From Eledone cirrhosa (lineage: Eukaryota): 64,000 nt of DNA. Shown piece after piece: positions 1 through 11,366 of this stretch. Numbering within the stretch: the stretch's first letter is position 1; each line of letters starts with the position of its first letter. The stretch is taken from contig OZ024740.1 in the NCBI GenBank assembly GCA_964016885.1, positions 391,034,001 through 391,098,000 of the forward strand, in the 5' to 3' direction. A program made the translations under genes and the position numbers. The notes beneath the pieces were generated by a model, which saw only the letters and a list, made by a program, of their open reading frames with translations, made no database searches and was not told the DNA's origin.

Positions 1-744
1 CTCTCTCTGTCTCTGTCTCTCTCTCTCTGTCTCTGTCTCTCTGTCTCTGTCTCTCTGTCTCTCTGTCTCTGTCTCTGTGTCTCTGTCTCTGTGTCTCTGT
101 GTCTCTGTCTCTGTGTCTGTGTCTGTCTCTGTGTCTGTCTCTGTGTCTGTCTCTGTGTCTGTCTCTGTGTCTGTCTCTGTGTCTGTCTCTGTGTCTGTCT
201 CTGTGTCTGTCTCTGTGTCTGTCTCTGTGTCTGTCTCTGTCTCTGTGTCTGTCTCTGTGTCTGTCTCTGTGTCTGTCTCTGTGCCTGTCTCTGTGCCTGT
301 CTCTGTGCCTGTCTCTGTGCCTGTCTCTGTGTCTGTCTGTGTGTCTGTCTGTGTGTCTGTCTGTGTGTCTGTCTGTGTGTCTGTCTGTGTCCGTCTGTGT
401 CTGTGTCCGTCTGTGTCTGTGTCTGTCTCTGTCTGTCTCTCTGTGTCTCTCTGTGTCTGTCTGTGTCTGTCTGTGTGTCTGTGTCTGTCTGTGTCTGTCT
501 GTGTCTGTCTGTGTCTGTCTGTGTCTGTCTGTGTCTGTCTGTGTCTGTCTGTGTCTGTCTGTGTCTGTCTGTGTCTGTCTGTGTCTGTCTGTGTCTGTCT
601 GTGTCTGTCTGTGTCTGTCTGTGTCTGTCTGTGTCTGTCTGTGTCTGTCTGTGTCTGTCTGTGTCTGTCTGTGTCCGTCCGTGTGTCTGTCCGTGTGTCT
701 GTCCGTGTGTCTGTCTGTGTGTCTGTCTGTGTGTCTGTCTGTCT
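1..744. repeat. Compound TC/TG microsatellite (CTCTGT, GTCTCTGTGTCT, GTGTCTGTCT periods)
   Basis: Seen directly; blocks of 6-, 12- and 10-bp periodicity. The SV/LC/CV ORFs here are artefacts. Confidence 0.97.
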
Positions 745-1238
745 TTGATAGTAGACGTCTTACACATTGGCTCTTCGATTTGGAATCTTTACCTGGATTA
801 TTTGTGAGTGTATTATTTAAATTGTTTTCTATTATTGACTCTAGGCGTAGGGTAAATATATTTTCACCCCTTTTGGACTGGGAATCGAACTCACAACCTC
901 ATTGTTGTATGGACTGTTAAATTCGTTTTATTTAATTTACACGTGCTCACACATTTGCATATGAATCACGTGACCTGGGCAGTCAGTCAGCGTTGGTATT
1001 AAAAACTCGGTCACAGACTGCTCACTTACTTTGTTATTCTGCTACTGTGAGGAGGGGCGTTTTTGGTTGTTTCGTACAATACACAAATTATTTGATATAA
1101 CTCGTGTTTTCTCTGCGAGTACCGAGAGGAATACAACAAATTGTTTTTCTATTATTGAGTAACCCCCAGTCTGGGACTGTAGACGTAGAGTAAATATATT
1201 TTCACCCCTTCTGGGGGTGAAAAAATATTTAATTCAAA

Positions 1239-2920
1239 ATGTTCATCGATATCGTTGAAAACAAGGAAACCATATTGGAAGCTAACGCCACGCCTACCAA
1301 AAAAAGCAAGAAAGAGGGAACAACAATTCAAACCGTTGAACAGCCCCTCCTCTCGAATGAAAAAGAAAATATTAATTCGAGTGAAAACCGAAATTTTGAA
1401 GAAAAAAATAAGAAAATAAACACCACAAAAGATGAAACCAACAACATTGCAACAACAAGCAACAAAGACAAAGTTTCTTTTGCCCAAACGGTCAGGAAAG
1501 CTATCAAGTACAAGCCCATAGACATCACAAACGCTACGCAGAACTTGCTAAATGCCAGAAAATACATATCTTTTGGGGAGGATGGTTCTTTTACGATCAA
1601 CTCCCCAGAAGAAGTTCGTCAACAGGTATATAGGAATACCATAACCTTCAGGACGATATCCAACACAACAAGAAAGCCAGCTCAATTGACAGAAAGTCAA
1701 ATTGAGCTGGTTCTGAGAGACATAAAAGAAAACATACTCTTTATTGAAAGAGGAAAGCTGTATGCCAGCATTATGGTCCGAATGAAGGATGAAATGCTGG
1801 CTCAAAAATGCTCGGTGGCACCTATAGTGTCACCACAATACACCTTCTTCCCCACGTATAAAGGAAGAACTCAGAGACTAAGAATGTGGAGCTCAACGCC
1901 AGAAGTAAACATCTGGTCCGTCCTGACAGGATTTACGGACCTAGAAAAGGACATCCTTATATCAGCAGGGGAGTCCACCAGTGGACTGTTCGGGAGGAAA
2001 AGTCTGGAGGTTCTTTTACAGATGACACCTGAGAGAATCGCCAGAATACCTGACTGAGTCCTACTGGATGGGCGAACCTTTATCAATATTACGGTGGAAG
2101 GCAGGAGACCCTCATGTTACCACTGCGCTGGCAGAGGTCACCTGAGGACAGCCTGCCCTCTACTCACAACAAAAAAAACCACTGCTACAAACACCACAAC
2201 AACAAAAACAACCAGCACCACCACCACAAAAACAACAAAATACACTACCATCACCACCACAACGACAACAAAAACCAACAACACCACCTCCACCAACATC
2301 AACAACAGCTCAAGAAAACAACCCAAAACACGGTCCCACCCAGCCCCTTCCCACAGAACACAAATACAAAAACACACGCAGTTCATACACAACCCGGAAA
2401 TATACCCCTCCCCTCCAATATGAAAGAGGAGCTCATATCCTCGGAAGACGAGGGGGCTCCCTTCCAAAAAGTGAAACGGAAAAAACGTACACACACCACA
2501 CAAACAAAAATAACCCCACCTGACAACAAAACGCAAACTCACTCAAGAACAACAAGCAAAAACAAACAACACAAAAACTCTACACATACATAAACAAAAA
2601 CAATAAAAATTTAACAGAAAAAATAGAAATTAACCCTTCGGTACAAACCGAAGGGCCGAATTTTGCAATGGCACTCCCTAACCTGAAAATGGTGAAAGTC
2701 CCACTTGACATTTTCAAAACATTGAAAAACATTTACCCTGAGGACGTGGGGCCACCCTGCACCAGGCCACTCAACCGTCCTCCTGAAAGGTTTTCCCCTC
2801 CTCTCCTCAAACACCCACACAACTCCAAACACGCCAACCCCTCCACACACTAATACCCCCACACCACCACAAACCACCACCCCACCCAACAACCCCTCCA
2901 CCAGCCCCATGGAAACTGAG
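1239..2920 (+). pseudogene. Tx1 ORF1 (gag-like nucleic-acid-binding protein), disrupted
   Basis: ATG at 1239; in-frame TGA at 2055-2057 followed in the same frame by VLLDGRTFINITVEGRRPSCYHCAGRGHLRTAC (zinc knuckle), then a T/K/N-rich tail with further stops and frameshifts. Confidence 0.8.
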
Positions 2921-2973
2921 CAGCCCGGACCCCAGGACGCAGAGGGGTAAGTGCCTCTTTCTTTGCCACCAAC

Positions 2974-5560
2974 ATGGCTGTGTTAAGAGTAGGTTGTCTA
3001 AATGCGCATGGCCTGGGCTCACCTTGGAAGCAAGCTAAACTTCTAAATGACCTCAGGTCACAATGTATAAATGTGATGGTTATTTGCGAGGTGCGGATCA
3101 GCAGCGTGCGACAGCTAGCCCCCACCTTTGATGACTTTGAGATGCACGCATCTCTCTGTCAGCCTGGAGGTGGGGGTGGGGTTGTCGTTCTGCTTCAAAA
3201 ACATCTGGGTCTCGCTACACAGACGGTACACTTGGACCCGGAGGGTCGACTCGTGGTTCTAGACCTTGGCAGTGGTGAAGGCGAAGCTTTTAGGCTTGTT
3301 GCCGTATATGCCCCTTTTGGGGCAATGCGGTCGGACTTCTTCCATCGTCTGGAGACTTTTCTAGGGACGTCCCGCTCCTTGCTTTTAGTGGGGGACTGGA
3401 ATGGTTTCCTAGATGCACGTTGGGACTATGTAGGGGCATGTCCCGATAGAGGGGGGTGTAACAGCTTCAAGGGGTTAATCGGCCGATTTGACCTGGCCGA
3501 TAGATACCGACTAGATTTTCCGACTGTGCCAACCTGGACTTGGTCAAATAACAGTGGTCAATCTAGATCGTACCTAGATAGGTTCTTAGTTAGAATTAAG
3601 GATAGGGACTTTTTAAGTTGTCCAGAAATGCTCATGGTGGGCTATTCAGACCACAAGTTAGTGACCTGCGTAGTCCACCTTGATAGAACGCATAGGCAGG
3701 GACACGGTTACTGGAAGCTCAACTTGTCCTTACAGAGAGCGGATTAGAACCTTAGTTAAGGAGCGGTTGACGGGCGCCATCGTCAACAGCAGGTGGTGGG
3801 GCTCTCTAAAAAGAGAGATTAGAGTAGTTTCAATAGGAGTTAGTAAGGAGTTAGCCTCAGATAGAAATAGGAAGGAAAGGGAGATGCGCAGACATGCGCT
3901 ATTCCGTCCAGGTCCATCCACGACAACCTCCACCTCATGCGATACATCATAGAGAGGGTTTGGGAACGAACCCGGCTTTGGTGGGGCCCTGATAAATTTA
4001 GATCAGTCTAAAGCGTTCGATAGGGTGGACCATGGTTACCTGGATGCGGTGCTAGCGGCGGCTGGGTTCGGACCCGTTTTCAGGGGCTGGATCACTGCCA
4101 TGCACAGCAGCCACATCTGCCCTAGAGTCAAGGTGAACGGCTACCTCTCGGAGCCATTCGAAATCACCCGCTCCATCCGACAGGGATGCCCTCTCTCCTC
4201 CCTTCTGTATGTATTGGCTCTCGAGCCACTACTGCGGAAGTTGGAGTTGTTGCAGGGCATCCCTTTGGAACCGGGATTGCGCAAAGCGGTGTCGGCCTAC
4301 GCCAATGACTTAACAGTAATGGTGTCGACCACCGCGGAAATCGAGGCAATCGGCACCTTACTGGAGGAGTACGAAAGGTTGACAGGAGCTAAGCTGAACC
4401 GGAACAAGTCAGTCGCTTTGCAACTCGGCGAGTGGAGGGGCAAAGCGATGTCGTCGGACGGTGGACGGAGGGCCCGGTGAAGTTGCCTGGGGTCTGGTTC
4501 AGACCAGACCTCCAGGTGGAGAAAAACTGGGGTGAGGTGACGAATAGGGTGTTTACACTGACCCAGAAGTGGGCCGAGTGCAAACTATCCCTGAAAAGTC
4601 GGGCGGAGGTGGTGAACGCTTACATAGCGTCCGTCATCTATTACCGCTTCACTGTCGTGCCTTGCCCGGGTGAGATCTTTGCCAAAATGGAGTGCGCTCT
4701 CTTTTATTTCCTTTGGAAGAAGAGGTCTCCTCTGGTGAGGAGATCCATCTGCTGTTAACACCCTTTGAAAGGAGGGCTGGGGATGCCGTGGCTAAAAATG
4801 CGTAAACACGCATTGAGGCTAAGGCACCTCCAGGTATTCCTCACCGGTCAACCGGTGTGGGCCCCGTTTGTGAGGCGAGCCTTCCCGAGGCTCGTCTCGC
4901 TCACAGAGCTGCAGTCCTGGGTGAAGCAAAGACCGAGAAAACTGGGCGACTGGCACACCGAGTGTGCCCAGGCGCTCACGGCTCTCTGGCAAGCGGACCC
5001 GGCTATCGGTGGGGACTCCACCTCGTCATTCTATAGAGGGCTGGTGGTTAGCAGGTGCGACGACGCCTTCGGAGAAACCCTAGGCATGGAGGAGGACGAA
5101 CAGGCCAGCCTATTCGGTAGGACTTTTGGCCCTGAACCTATGGACAACTTCCAGAAGTCCTTGGCCTGGCAGTGCTACCGAGGGGCTCTGCCCGTTCGGG
5201 ATAAGCTCTAAGGCACGGGCGCCCGGGTAGGGACCCCTCGAAAAAGATCTGTCCCAGACACGTGCGCGATGAGGAAACCGTCGCTCGCATTTGTGGGGCT
5301 ATGTTGAACAACTGCTGTCACGGGTGGGACCAATTAGGTGTAATAGCCATGGTAAAAGAGGTTATATGGTGGACGCGTCTAAAAGGGCTGAGGTCGGACA
5401 CCTTTCTTTCCGGCCAACAACTGGTCCTTTTCTTCCGATACCATTTCGGAAGAAGGATCAGGATGGAGAGAGAGGTGCTCCACTCCAGCCAATTTTATGA
5501 AAGGTGGGTGAAAAGTTGCAAGAATGGCCCGTGTGAATGGGCCTTCTCTCTACCTCAGCC
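2974..5560 (+). pseudogene. Tx1 ORF2 (APE endonuclease plus reverse transcriptase), disrupted and internally deleted
   Basis: MAVLRVGCLNAHGL, VGDWNG, SYLDRF, YSDHKLV, GYWKLN (APE); QTCAIPSRSIHDNL, LDQSKAFDRVDH, IRQGCPLS, AYANDL (YADD mutated). The sequence jumps from the linker straight into mid-RT at about 3888, implying a deletion; several frameshifts. Confidence 0.9.
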
Positions 5561-5787
5561 TGTAGGTGGAAAAGGAAGAAGGGAGCACCCTCTCTTTGTG
5601 CTCCCGTGGAGAAGGGTCGCACATTTTTTTTTGGAGGTGTGTGTGACCCCAAAACGATCCCTCCCTATTGAGGACCTTGTTGTTACAATTTTATTTATTA
5701 CATTTTTCTTACTCGATTTATATGTAAACTCCCCCTCCCATGTACATGTCCCTTTCTTTTGTGCCCTCGTGGCAAATAAACAGAAAT

Positions 5788-7627
5788 TTGTCTGCCTGTG
5801 TGCTTGTCTGCGTGCATGTCTGTCTGAGTGTGTGAGTGTGTGTGTGAGAGTGTGTGAGAGTGTGAGAGTGTGAGTGTGTGTGTGAGAGTGTGTGAGAGTG
5901 TGAGAGTGTGAGTGTGTGTGTGAGAGTGTGTGAGAGTGTGAGAGTGTGAGTGTGTGTGTGAGAGTGTGTGAGTGTGTGTGTGTGAGTCTGAGAGTGTGAG
6001 AGTGAGAGTGTGTGTGTGTGTGAGTGTGTGTGTGTGTGAGTGTGTGAGTGTGTGTGAGTGAGTGTGAGTGTGTGTGTCTGTGTGTGAATTGTGTGAGTGT
6101 GTGTGTGTGAGAGTATGTGTGTGTGTGAGAGAGTGTGTGTGTGTGTGAGAGTATGTGTGTGTGTGAGAGAGTGTGTGTGTGTGAGAGAGTATGTGTGTGT
6201 GTGAGAGAGTGTGTGTGTGTGAGTGTGAGTGTGTGAGTCCGTGTGTGTGTGTGAGTGTGAGTGTGTGAGTCCGTGTGTGTGTGTAAGTGTGTGTGTGTGT
6301 GAGTGTGAGTGTGTGTGAGTCTGTGTGTGAGTGTGAGTGTGAGTCTGTGTGTGTGTGTGTGTGAGTGTGTGTGTGTGTGAGTGTGTGTGTGTGAGTATGT
6401 GTGAGTATGTGTGAGTCTGTGAGTCTGTGAGTCTGTGTGTGTGAGTGTGAGTCTGTGTGTGAGTCTGTGTGTGTGTGAGTCTGTGTGTGTGTGAGTCTGT
6501 GTGTGTGTGAGTCTGTGTGTGTGTGAGTCTGTGTGTGTGTGAGTCTGTGTGTGTGTGAGTGTGTGTGAGTGTGTGTGTGAGTCTGTGTGTGTGAGTCTGT
6601 GTGTGTGAGTCTGTGTGTGTGAGTCTGTGTGTGTGAGTCTGTGTGTGTGAGTCTGTGTGTGTGAGTCTGTGTGTGTGAGTCTGTGTGTGAGTCTGTGTGT
6701 GAGTGTGTGTGTGAGTGTGTGTGTGTGTGAGTGTGTGTGTGAGTGTGTGTGTGAGTGTGTGAGTGTGTGTGTGAGTGTGTGTGTGAGTGTGTGTGTGAGT
6801 GTGTGTGTGAGTGTGTGTGTGAGTGTGTGTGTGAGTGTGTGTGTGAGTGTGTGTGTGAGTGTGTGTGTGAGTGTGTGTGTGAGTGTGTGTGTGAGTGTGT
6901 GTGTGAGTGTGTGTGTGAGTGTGTGTGTGAGTGTGTGTGTGAGTGTGTGTGTGAGTGTGTGTGTGAGTGTGTGTGTGAGTGTGTGTGTGAGTGTGTGTGT
7001 GAGTGTGTGTGTGAGTGTGTGTGTGAGTGTGTGTGTGAGTCTGTGTGTGAGTCTGTGTGTGAGTCTGTGTGTGAGTCTGTGTGTGAGTCTGTGTGTGAGT
7101 CTGTGTGTGAGTCTGTGTGTGAGTCTGTGTGTGAGTCTGTGTGTGAGTCTGTGTGTGAGTCTGTGTGTGAGTCTGTGTGTGAGTCTGTGTGTGAGTCTGT
7201 GTGTGAGTCTGTGTGTGAGTCTGTGTGTGAGTCTGTGTGTGAGTCTGTGTGTGAGTCTGTGTGTGAGTCTGTGTGTGAGTCTGTGTGTGAGTCTGTGTGT
7301 GAGTCTGTGTGTGAGTCTGTGTGTGAGTCTGTGTGTGAGTCTGTGTGTGAGTGTGTGTGAGTCTGTGTGTGAGTGTGTGTGAGTCTGTGTGTGAGTCTGT
7401 GTGTGAGTCTGTGTGTGAGTCTGTGTGTGAGTCTGTGTGTGAGTCTGTGTGTGAGTCTGTGTGTGAGTCTGTGTGTGAGTCTGTGTGTGAGTCTGTGTGT
7501 GAGTCTGTGTGTGAGTCTGTGTGTGAGTCTGTGTGTGAGTCTGTGTGTGAGTCTGTGTGTGAGTGTGTGTGAGTGTGTGTGAGTGTGTGTGAGTGTGTGT
7601 GAGTCTGTGAGTGTGTGTGAGTGTGTT

Positions 7628-7658
<31 letters not shown>

Positions 7659-7752
7659 AGTGTGTGAGTGTGTTGTGTGAGTGTGTGTGTGTGTGTGTAT
7701 GTGTGAGTGTGTGTGTGTGTGTGTTGTGTGAGTGTGTTGTGTGAGTCTGTGC

Positions 7753-7801
<49 letters not shown>

Positions 7802-7805
7802 TGAG
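5788..7805. repeat. Compound (GT)n/GAGT/GAGTCT microsatellite, about 2 kb
   Basis: Seen directly; long homogeneous 12-mer blocks GAGTGTGTGTGT and GAGTCTGTGTGT. The HT/TH ORFs are artefacts. Confidence 0.97.
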
Positions 7806-8113
7806 TGTTTTGATACCAAACTGCCTGAAACTGCACAAGGTTCTACTCTTATAAAAGCTGTTCATTTTTTAACGTTTATATTTACCTAAAGATTCATCAT
7901 TAGTCTATGTAAAAACCTTTTTTAAGTTATCTTCCAAGTCCTTTTGATACCCGACTGTCTGAAACCACCCCTGCTAATTATTTTACAGGATTTAAAAGAT
8001 AGTTTGTTGCTAAGTGTGAAAAGAGATATAATATTTAAGGAGTAAAGCAATGCAGAGAAAAAGAGTTCTTTTAAAAATTGTGTATTTTAAATTTAAAATA
8101 TTTATATACATAT

Positions 8114-8440
8114 CTTCTTATTCTTCGACCACTTATACCTGAGAGGGTCATGGGAGCAGGAGTCCTCAAACGCTCCTTCCAGTGGGTCCTGTCAGAAACA
8201 ACCGTCTCCAGCTAGATTACCCAAGATTCATGACCATAGGAATTCCACTGAAGCAGGCAGAGAAGTAAAAGTATCTCGGGCCTGTGTTCATGAGTGATGG
8301 AAGGCCGGAGGCTGAATTAAGTGCAAGAATTGCAGGAGCTGGTGCAGTAATGCACCAGCTTCAGCATTCAGTAATCAGAAAAAGGGAGGTAGGTGTAGAA
8401 GCTAAACTCGCTATTTTCAATTCAGTATTCGTGCCAACCC
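8114..8440 (-). mobile_element. Short RTE-clade insertion with an inverted 5' part, flanked by a 12-bp TSD
   Basis: 8114-8225 resembles an RTE 3' end on the minus strand; about 8226-8440 on the plus strand encodes KYLGPVFMSDGRPEAELSARIAGAGAVMHQLQHSVIRKREVGVEAKLAIFNSVFVPTLIY; TTATATACATAT at 8102-8113 and 8441-8452. Confidence 0.75.
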
Positions 8441-8477
8441 TTATATACATATGAAAAAAAAAAAAAATGAAATTTAC

Positions 8478-8685
8478 CCCTATGCAGGTTTATGTGTCCT
8501 CATGAAATTGTATCCCATAGGTTTCTTGGGTGTTCAAATGATAGGGACCAAAATCATTGTGAAAAGCAATGTGAAATGAAGCATCTTACTCAAGAATACA
8601 ACATGTCGCCTGGTCCAGGAATCAAACCCACACCTTTATGATTAAAAATGTAACTCACTAACCACTAGGCCACACACCTTCACTA
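8478..8685 (-). mobile_element. tRNA-derived SINE, family B
   Basis: Minus strand TGGCCTAGTGG (A box), GGTTTGATTCC (B-box-like), then TTCTTGAGTAAGATGCTTCATTTCACATTG shared with other copies. Confidence 0.7.
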
Positions 8686-9769
8686 AAGTATTAAATCACT
8701 AAGAAATTTAAAAACAAAAACAAAACTATGAATAACCTCATAATTTAATATAACAAAGAATAGAGAGGAAATATAAAAAGTAAGCTATCTTGTATCACAG
8801 GAACATTAAGATGGCAGTAAATTGAGATTGTAATCTATTTTGCCTCTGGCTCTCTACACCTGAAACTAATGGAAATAACATCTCATTTTCTGCAGCCTAT
8901 TTATCCCAATATCATACATTCAATATTGAACAGAACTTTCTTTTACTGTTTTACTTGTTTCACTCTTTAAACTCTGGCCATGCTGTAGCCTTCAAGGCAT
9001 TTTAGTTGATCATATCAAACGCCATATACATTTTTTCAAGACAGGTACTTTTATTTTATTCATATCTTTTTGTTAAACTGGGAAATAAACAAATAGAAAA
9101 TGTAAACACACGAGCACAGGAGGGGGGGGGGGGGGGGGGGGGTTCCATCTACCAAATTTCACTTGCACTAGTTTAGAATAGGTAGACCATATCCGAAAGG
9201 GCTGGTGTTAGTCAGAGTATTTGGCTGTAAAACATTGCTTCAAAAAGTCCCATGCAACCCATGCGAGCATGGAAAAGTTGTAAAAGCAGTGGTAATTAGT
9301 GTATTGGTTATCTGAAGTCTATGGAAGACAATTACCCAAGGTACCACACAGTTGGATTGAATCTGAAACCATGTGGTTATAAAGTGAACTCCTTAATCAT
9401 ACAGCCATACATGCATGTTATTAACTCCTTTAATAACAACCACTCAAGTCTGCCTCTAGATCTAGGATACAAAACCTAGCATATTAAAATGTTCATATTT
9501 GAATTAACATCTTCCATTATGATTTCATGACAGAAACTTTTGTCAAATTTGTTACATGCCATCTTAATAATGAAAACAAAATTTTGTTTTAATATAAATC
9601 TATCTAAATTCTTGGTGGTTTTTAAAATGAATTGAAATACATGAAGTGTGTATTTCATTAAGGATATGGTTATAAAAGGGTTAAAATATATATTAGTGAA
9701 GTCAAATAAACTAGACAGTGTTGAACTCACAATCATACGGTTGTGGGTTTGATTCATGGACTGGGTGGC

Positions 9770-9987
9770 ATGTTAGGTATAAGAGGAGTCAGATGTGGTG
9801 TGAAAGTGAAGCAACTGCACTGGTATGGACATACAATGTGCATGGGTGATGACAGTTGGGTAAATAAATGCCATAAGTTCCAAGCAGAAGAAAGCTGTGG
9901 AAATGGAAGGCGAAGAAGAATAAGAGCCGAAGCGGTGAAAGCTAATCTCAGATTGCTGAACTTGACAAAGAAGCACAATGATGATGG
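9770..9987 (+). mobile_element. RTE LINE 3' coding fragment
   Basis: LGIRGVRCGVKVKQLHWYGHTMCMGDDSWVNKC...G.GRRRR matches the C-terminus of the other RTE copies. Confidence 0.75.
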
Positions 9988-10616
9988 TAAGAATTGTCCA
10001 TTTTATTTTTATTATTTTTTTATAGAAAATAAGGAAAGAAAGTTGAATAGGATAGTATTATGCTGGAAAGTAAACATGTGTCGGAAAACAGCTAAAATTC
10101 ATTATTTAGAATGGCATAGAGTTTTACTTTCAAAGACTATATTAACATCCGTCTTTTTATGTTCTATTACTAATCTTTACATCACGTGCTGGTTCAGCTT
10201 CTTAAAATATCTATCTTTAGAAAATGTTTTACTTATTAAAAATAAAACTCATCAAAGTAGCTTTCCATTTAAATTAAAGAAAGAGAAAATAAATAGTAGG
10301 ATTCAAAGCATGTTTAATGTCAATATAATACATTATTGGAACATGCCACACGAAGCTAAGGATATTATATATGAAGATTTACAATTGCAGCAAACAAATC
10401 AACATTTTTCTTCTTTTCATTTAATCAATAGCATAAAATTTAAACATAACTAAAAATTTGATTTCATAAAATACATTCAAATGAAAGCTCATAGTCCTCT
10501 CTCTATCTTTTATATATATGAGAGAGAGAGAGACCAGTACCCTCACATTTTTTTAATACCATATTTAGCTTCTATATACATGTATCAGCTAAGTTAATTA
10601 TATATATATATATATA

Positions 10617-10700
10617 TCATCATCATCATCATCAACGTTTAACGTCCGTGTTCCACGCTTGCATGGGTTTGGACGGGGGTAGTCCCACTTGAGGCAAGAG
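10617..10700 (-). mobile_element. Severely 5'-truncated RTE tail inserted in (TA)n
   Basis: (CAT)n followed by AACGTTTAACGTCCGTGTTCCACGCTTGCATGGGTTTGGACGGGGG, nearly identical to about 15660-15729; (TA)n on both sides. Confidence 0.8.
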
Positions 10701-11366
10701 TATATATATATATATATATATAGGCAAAGCCATATGGCTGTATAGTTAAAGAGCTCGCCTTTCAACCATGTAGTTCTGGGTTCAGTCCCACTGCACATCA
10801 AGGGCAAGTGTCTACTATAGACTTGTGAGTGGAATTTGGTAAATGAACACTACACTACAGAAGCCGCGCGCGTGCGTGTGTGGACAGACCCGCCCAACCC
10901 ATTCCAGCATGGGAAAATATACAATGATGATGATAATGATGGTTACTGTTCTTAAATGCAATTTCAGAGTATTTAAAATCTAATACTTTACATAAAAAGG
11001 ATATTTTATAGAGATTCAATGCAACTACTTAAAAATATAAGTAGTTAAAAAGAAAAGATTGTTATTACTTTTTTTCTTCCTTTAAGACACTTTACATAGC
11101 ATATTTATAGTTTCTTTTTTTAACAAAGCAGATATGAACAAACAACGTTTGATGAAACAAACAATTGTGGATCACAACAGAAGGCTTTCAGGATAAATAA
11201 ACAAACACATGCCGCTTTACATATTGTTACAAGATTTCAAATGACTTGAGAAAATCAGATAAATATGTGTGAAATTAAACACATATCTAAGGCATATATG
11301 AACACAACAAAGTATGGGTGAACTGAGAAAAAAAACAGATATAAGATAATCAAATGTAGTGTGCAA

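Larger units (their letters stand above)
745..5787 (+). mobile_element. Near-full-length, decayed L1/Tx1-clade non-LTR retrotransposon
   Basis: 5' non-coding region, ORF1 with CX2CX4HX4C knuckle, ORF2 with APE endonuclease and RT motifs, 3' UTR ending AATAAACAGAAAT; flanked on both sides by TGTC/TG microsatellite. Boundaries approximate. Confidence 0.9.

Noticed and set aside
77-920. Long SV/LC/CV-repeat ORFs
   Set aside because: Stop-free translation of a microsatellite in all three frames.
2055-2057. In-frame TGA in Tx1 ORF1 as programmed readthrough or selenocysteine
   Set aside because: The element has many other lesions (frameshifts, YAND, deletion), so a nonsense mutation is the simpler explanation.
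5555-7865. 700+ aa His/Thr-rich ORFs
   Set aside because: Translation of (CA)n-type repeats; open in all frames with no coding signal.
9122-9142. Poly-G runs (also about 13497, 39411, 39786, 43566) as functional G-quadruplexes
   Set aside because: Simple homopolymers with no context supporting function; lengths are error-prone.
9743-10453. 236-aa ORF
   Set aside because: RTE fragment running into AT-rich sequence with no recognisable protein character.
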